A stretch of DNA of 64,000 nucleotides from Macrostomum hystrix (Eukaryota > Animalia > Platyhelminthes), in NCBI GenBank assembly GCA_950097015.1, contig CATNEN010000038.1:8370001-8434000 (forward strand), read 5' to 3'. Under the pieces are notes generated by a model. That model did no database searches. It worked only from the letters and a program-made list of their open reading frames with translations, and was not told the DNA's origin. Positions 58,601 through 64,000 of the stretch are shown here, one piece after another (the stretch's first letter is position 1; every line of letters starts with the position of its first letter). A program made the translations under genes and the position numbers.

Positions 58601-59540
58601 CCACCCGATGGACCGCGACGAGTGCCCGGGCGAGGGCAAGCGCTGCGACGCCTGCCTTCTGTTTCATCCGGCCGATGGCGACTGGGTGTCGGTGACGCTG
58701 GTCGACGAGCTGCTGCAGCGCGGCCACTCGCTGTGCACCCACGACCGAGCCTGCGTGCCCGGCCTGCCGACATACCAGACCGTCGGTGAGGCCGTCGCCG
58801 CCAGTCGTCGCGTCCTCGCCGTCGTGACGCCGAGCTTCGCGGCGGACGCCGAAACTCGCGGAGTCTTCGCCTACGCTGCCGACTGCCTTGGTGCAGAGCT
58901 GACCAGACGGCGTCTCATCTGCGTGGTTGCCGCTCCGCCGACGAAGCTGTCAATGAATTCGACAACATCGTCGGCGACAACCTCGACACTGACTCGTTGG
59001 CCGAGAATGTCGGGCGCCGCTGTGGTTCTTCGCTTTGGACAGCGCGACTTCTGGGACCAGCTTCTCTACCGGATGCCTTTGCGGGCGCAGTTCCGGCAGG
59101 CCGTCAGCTCGCGCCGCCGTCCGGGACGCCAGGGCGGGTCTTCTCGGACAGTTCCGGGTCCGCAGTCCGCGGTGTCCACTGCTGTGCGCCTGCCCTGGTG
59201 GGATTCTGAGGGAGACTCAGCCGGTGGCAGCAGTTGCACCTGCCAGCTCCGCCAGCTGCCGTTCGATCAGCGGCACAGCTCGCTACGGACCCTGCGCAGT
59301 CTGCAGTCGACGCAGTCGCAACAGCAGCTGCTGCTGGCCAGCCAGCTGGGCGCCGCTGAACGGCCGGTTTGGGCCACCATCGGCTGTGCCCGGAGGTCGC
59401 ACTATTCGCAGCGCGAGCATCGGCAACAGCCGCCTCTTGAGTCGCCACTGATGTCGCCAACGACGCCCCAGTCTATGGCCATGTCCCCCCTGCCAGCCAG
59501 AGGTTGCGAACTGCTCGAATGCAGCGAGGTCTCTCTGTAG
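55638..59540 (+). CDS. Toll-like receptor, multi-cysteine-cluster (protostome) type, ~934 aa, 2 exons
   Basis: Exons 55638-57056 and 58155-59540 (phase 0). Signal peptide, LRRs (LDLSDNRL, LVLNGNWL, LSLSGNRI, IDLSHNRL), LRRCT 'GNPIGCDC', internal LRRNT 'CVNGDCACS', further LRRs, second LRRCT 'GNPWRCDC', TM helix, TIR 'CDACLLFHPADGDWV...LCTHDRACVPG...ASRRVLAVVTPSF...DFWDQLLYRMP'. Confidence 0.9.
57168..57528 (+). mobile_element. SINE family A in the TLR intron
   Basis: Full-length alignment with 12408-12742. Confidence 0.88.
57558..57738 (-). mobile_element. CORE-like SINE (family C), 5'-truncated, in the TLR intron
   Basis: GCCGACAGCACAGCC...CAGTCCATGGACTGGGGGAC...CCCATTTAA shared with 13970-14235. 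Confidence 0.75.
57789..58103 (-). mobile_element. SINE family A in the TLR intron, inverted relative to 57168-57528
   Basis: Aligns with 127-486; slightly 5'-truncated. Confidence 0.88.
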
Positions 59541-60742
59541 GTCGCTCGCGAGCTGCCCCTGGGAGGCGTTCCGTATTCCGTACGGACGTCCTATGTGAGA
59601 CGCTGTGATGGCACTGACGCAACTGCCGGACACCCGCGCGGAATTTCATGTACTTGCTAAGAAATTTGCCCAAAAATTTTAATTTCTCCTAATTTCATTT
59701 CATTTCTATCGAGACTAATTCAATCAATATGTTTTCTCCGAATGCCATATAGAAACCAAGATTTAACAGTGCATGACAACGATACAATGACGTAATTGAT
59801 CGAGGCATCGATCAGTTTGAGGGTTAATTCTTATTGGCCTAGAATTTAGCGATTCTGATTGGCTGATAAAATGGATATAATCATTGGTTCATGCACGGGC
59901 TAAGGTGATTCCTATTGGTCGCCGATTTGTACTACTCCTATTGGTTGGTGAAATAAGCGATTCTGATAGAATCGAATATGATCGGGTGTGCAGACTCTGG
60001 AGCGCAGGTCCTCTGGTCCGCATTTAGAGCAACAAAAATGCAATTTTAACTGGAAGCAGCTGCAGAAAAGTACATTTCTAGCCAGCCTGGATGCAAATCC
60101 CCAGTCAAATGTTCTCATAGAGATCAACAGTCAGGAGCGACGACAAACGGATGCGAAAATCCCCAAGCTTGGTCGCATTAGGCTCAGAAATCAATTGTCA
60201 AAGGCTTTCACAGTTGGCTGGCTGAGTCTTGACATTGAGTTCTGTAATTCTCGGAGGAAAATGCGGCTCAGTGGCATGCCGGCCTAGGGGCTGATGCGCT
60301 TGGCAACAATGTACCACGGTCGCACGGGTCGATACATGCGGCTCTTATAGTCCGCTCCCAGGACTTGATCCCCTAAATGACCTCCATGCAGTGTGCAGCT
60401 CAGCTCTCGCAGAACTATATTTGCAGATAGCAGATAGTCGAATATACGAGCCCAAATGTATCCAAATTGAGGGACATTTATAGCAATGGAGTGATTTGAA
60501 GATCGCGTCTGGCTTTTAGAGAGGCCCTGAAAGCTGACACTCGAAAGCGCCCCCCCACACTCAGCCTGCTGACCAGCGGGTTTATGGCTGTCAGCTTTCC
60601 ATTACCGTTGCCGGATATCAGAATCAATTAAATGGGCTAAGAACCCGAGCCTTTAATGACACCTGCACTGACTTCCATTCACACCAGTTTGTCTCTGGCA
60701 ACTGCTCATTCACTATCATTCGCTGTGTCAAGATTTGGTTCC

Positions 60743-61854
60743 ACTCACTCTGTCTCAGATCTGACTCTCATTCTGTCTCAGATCTGACTCTCATTCTGTC
60801 TCAGATCTGACTCTCACTCTGTCTCAGGTCTGACTCTCATTCTGTCTCAGGTCTGACTCTCATTCTGTCTCAGGTCTGACTCTCACTCTGTCTCAGGTCT
60901 GACTCTCATTCTGTCTCAGATCTGACTCTCATTCTGTCTCAGATCTGACTCTCATTCTGTCTCAGATCTGACTCTCATTCTGTCTCAGATCTGACTCTCA
61001 CTCTGTCTCAGGTCTGACTCTCACTCTGTCTCAGATCTGACTCTCATTCTGTCTCAGGTCTGACTCTCATTCTGTCTCAGGTCTGACTCTCATTCTGTCT
61101 CAGGTCTGACTCTCACTCTGTCTCAGATCTGACTCTCATTCTGTCTCAGGTCTGACTCTCATTCTGTCTCAGGTCTGACTCTCATTCTGTCTCAGGTCTG
61201 ACTCTCATTCTGTCTCAGGTCTGACTCTCACTCTGTCTCAGATCTGACTCTCATTCTGTCTCAGGTCTGACTCTCATTCTGTCTTAGATCTGACTCTCAT
61301 TCTGTCTTAGATCTGACTCTCATTCTGTCTCAGATCTGACTCTCATTCTGTCTCAGGTCTGACTCTCATTCTGTCTCAGATCTGACTCTCATTCTGTCTC
61401 AGATCTGACTCTCATTCTGTCTCAGATCTGACTCTCATTCTGTCTCAGGTCTGACTCTCACTCTGTCTCAGATCTGACTCTCATTCTGTCTCAGGTCTGA
61501 CTCTCATTCTGTCTCAGGTCTGACTCTCATTCTGTCTCAGGTCTGACTCTCACTCTGTCTCAGATCTGACTCTCATTCTGTCTCAGGTCTGACTCTCATT
61601 CTGTCTCAGGTCTGACTCTCATTCTGTCTCAGGTCTGACTCTCATTCTGTCTCAGGTCTGACTCTCACTCTGTCTCAGATCTGACTCTCATTCTGTCTCA
61701 GGTCTGACTCTCATTCTGTCTTAGATCTGACTCTCATTCTGTCTTAGATCTGACTCTCATTCTGTCTCAGATCTGACTCTCATTCTGTCTCAGGTCTGAC
61801 TCTCATTCTGTCTCAGATCTGACTCTCATTCTGTCTCAGATCTGACTCTCACTG
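60743..61854. repeat. 23-bp minisatellite
   Basis: Unit CTGACTCTCATTCTGTCTCAGRT. Confidence 0.95.
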
Positions 61855-62624
61855 TTAGACTGATGGGAATTCAAATACCATCTACACGATCAGCTAATGA
61901 TTGACATTAAGGCAGCTGTCATCGCAAACTACAAGATAAAAATTGCTTCAATTTCCACACAAAGGCCATGGACTCAAAGAGTAACTAATGTTGATGTATG
62001 AGCATTCTCGCAGCCAATAGTGGCCAACCTTCCTACCCACTCATAGCTATTTTTTTTCAATCAGTCTCAGCGTGTCCAGTGCGCCCCAGAGGCATTAGCA
62101 GTGCGGACAGAAATCCATTCCGGCGATGCATTTGATTGACACTGCCGGGGAGTCCTGACCCCCGTCCCACAACTGCTGGCATGGGCGGGGTCGCAACTGG
62201 ATTTTAAGGGGAAATAAAAGGGGATTTCGGGGCCAAATAAAACGCATCTCGATTCCCCACCCCAGACACACACACAGGTGAGTAGTGAGTGAGCTAGACC
62301 TCATTGGGATAATGGCACGTGTGCTGGCTGGAATGCAGGGCATTGGCCCACACTTAGCCTAGGAAATAATAGGGCTTTGGATGGGATATGAAGCCGGAAT
62401 GAGGATCAAGAGAGAATACGGACAGGTCTCGGATCCCATCATGATTGATTGGAATGTGTGAACACTGCAGCGGTCGGATCCCAAACAGGGTCCGAATCTC
62501 ACCTATAGTTTTAGCTTGCTGACGGCAAAAGTGTGAGCTCGAAAAGGGGACTATTGAAATAGGAGCTTTTAGTAGCTACAGAAAACGCATAAAAAGTACT
62601 AGAGCTATTGCAACAATTTTGCAA

Positions 62625-63788
62625 GGATTCTAGCTGCGATTCCTCTGACGATTCTAAACTAACCGAAGCTCTTGCTAGGATTCTAGCTGCGATTCCTCTG
62701 ACGATTCTAAACTAACCGAAGCTCTTGCTAGGATTCTAGCTGCGATGTACAATTCTGAACTAGCTCAAGTTCTTGCTAGGATTCTAGCTGCGATTCCTCG
62801 TACGATTCTAAACTAGCTCAAGCTCTTGCTAGGATTCTAGCTGCGATTCCTCGTACGATTCTAAACTAGCTCAAGCTCTTGCTAGGATTCTAGCTGCGAT
62901 TCCTCGTACGATTCTAAACTAGCTCAAGCTCTTGCTAGGATTCTAGCTGCGATTCCTGGTACGATTCTAAACTAGCTCAAGCTCTTGCTAGGATTCTAGC
63001 TGCGATTCCTGGTACGATTCTAAACTAGCTCAAGCTCTTGCTATGATTCTAGCTGCGATTCCTGGTACGATTCTAAACTAACCGAAGCTCTTGCTAGGAT
63101 TCTAGCTGCGATTCCTCTGACGATTCTAAACTAACCGAAGCTCTTGCTAGGATTCTAGCTGCGATTCCTCGTACGATTCTAAACTAGCTCAAGCTCTTGC
63201 TAGGATTCTAGCTGCGATTCCTCGTACGATTCTAAACTAGCTCAAGCTCTTGCTAGGATTCTAGCTGCGATTCCTGGTACGATTCTAAACTAGCTCAAGC
63301 TCTTGCTAGGATTCTAGCTGCGATTCCTGGTACGATTCTAAACTAGCTCAAGCTGTTGCTAGGATTCTAGCTGCGATTCCTGGTACGATTCTAAACTAGC
63401 TCAAGCTCTTGCTAGGATTCTAGCTGCGATTCCTGGTATGATTCTGAACTAGCTCAAGCTCTTGCTAGGATTCTAGCTGCGATTCCTCGTACGATTCTAA
63501 ACTAGCTCAAGCTCATGCTAGGATTCTAGCTGCGGTATCTGGTACGATTCTGAACTAGCTCAAGCTCTTGCTAGGATTCTAGCTGCGATTCTTGGTACGA
63601 TTCTAAACTAGCTCAAGCTCTTGCTAGGATTCTAGCTGCGATTCCTCGTACGATTCTATCTATCGTAGACTTTATTGTCTATAGTAGTTGTGGCTCTTAG
63701 TACGATTCTAGCTGCGATTCCTGGTACGATTCTGAACTAGCTCAAGCTCTTGCTAGGATTCTAGCTGCGATTCCTGCTACGATTCTAT
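62625..63788. repeat. 53-bp minisatellite
   Basis: Unit GGATTCTAGCTGCGATTCCTSGTACGATTCTAAACTAGCTCAAGCTCTTGCTA. Confidence 0.95.
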
Positions 63789-64000
63789 AGTAGCTGTTCA
63801 TACAATTATAGTAGCTGTTACTTGTGCGACAAATTTAGCTGGGGTTTTAACTAATAACTAGTCGTACTAATAAATGTGCTACTCACAGCAGTAGCGACAG
63901 TAGCGCTATACGGACATGCAAATCAGGAAAGCCACTTGGAACAAAAACGGAAACTTTTTTTTTCAAATTTCCTGCGTTCGTCAAGCCATTTCAGCATGGC

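Noticed and set aside
59988-60287. 99-aa plus-strand ORF downstream of the TLR
   Set aside because: GTG start, no recognisable domain, and no codon bias like that of the real exons.

Overview
Eukaryotic (animal) genomic DNA with GC-rich exons, AT-rich introns, a different minisatellite in most introns and several tRNA-derived SINE families. This composition suggests a free-living flatworm such as Macrostomum, which is an inference and not proven by the sequence. Seven spliced protein-coding genes were assembled by hand with GT..AG junctions and consistent phases. On the minus strand, left to right: iRhom/RHBDF (3' end outside the window), DGCR8/Pasha, TRUB2, TRAPPC6 (no initiator ATG in its first clear coding exon) and a DUF1399 GRDP-like gene. 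On the plus strand: an NFAT5-like gene and a full multi-cysteine-cluster Toll-like receptor. Also present: one tRNA-Gly(GCC), a disabled intronless GT15 (KRE2/KTR-type) mannosyltransferase nested in a TRUB2 intron, a candidate 57-aa membrane microprotein, a hAT transposase relic, MITE-like elements and more than 20 tandem arrays. The strongest leads are a probable trans-spliced operon (TRAPPC6-TRUB2-DGCR8) with a possibly spliced-leader-donated start codon, a TLR in a lineage usually described as lacking them, the GT15 relic, and a Rel-site cluster inside the NFAT gene.
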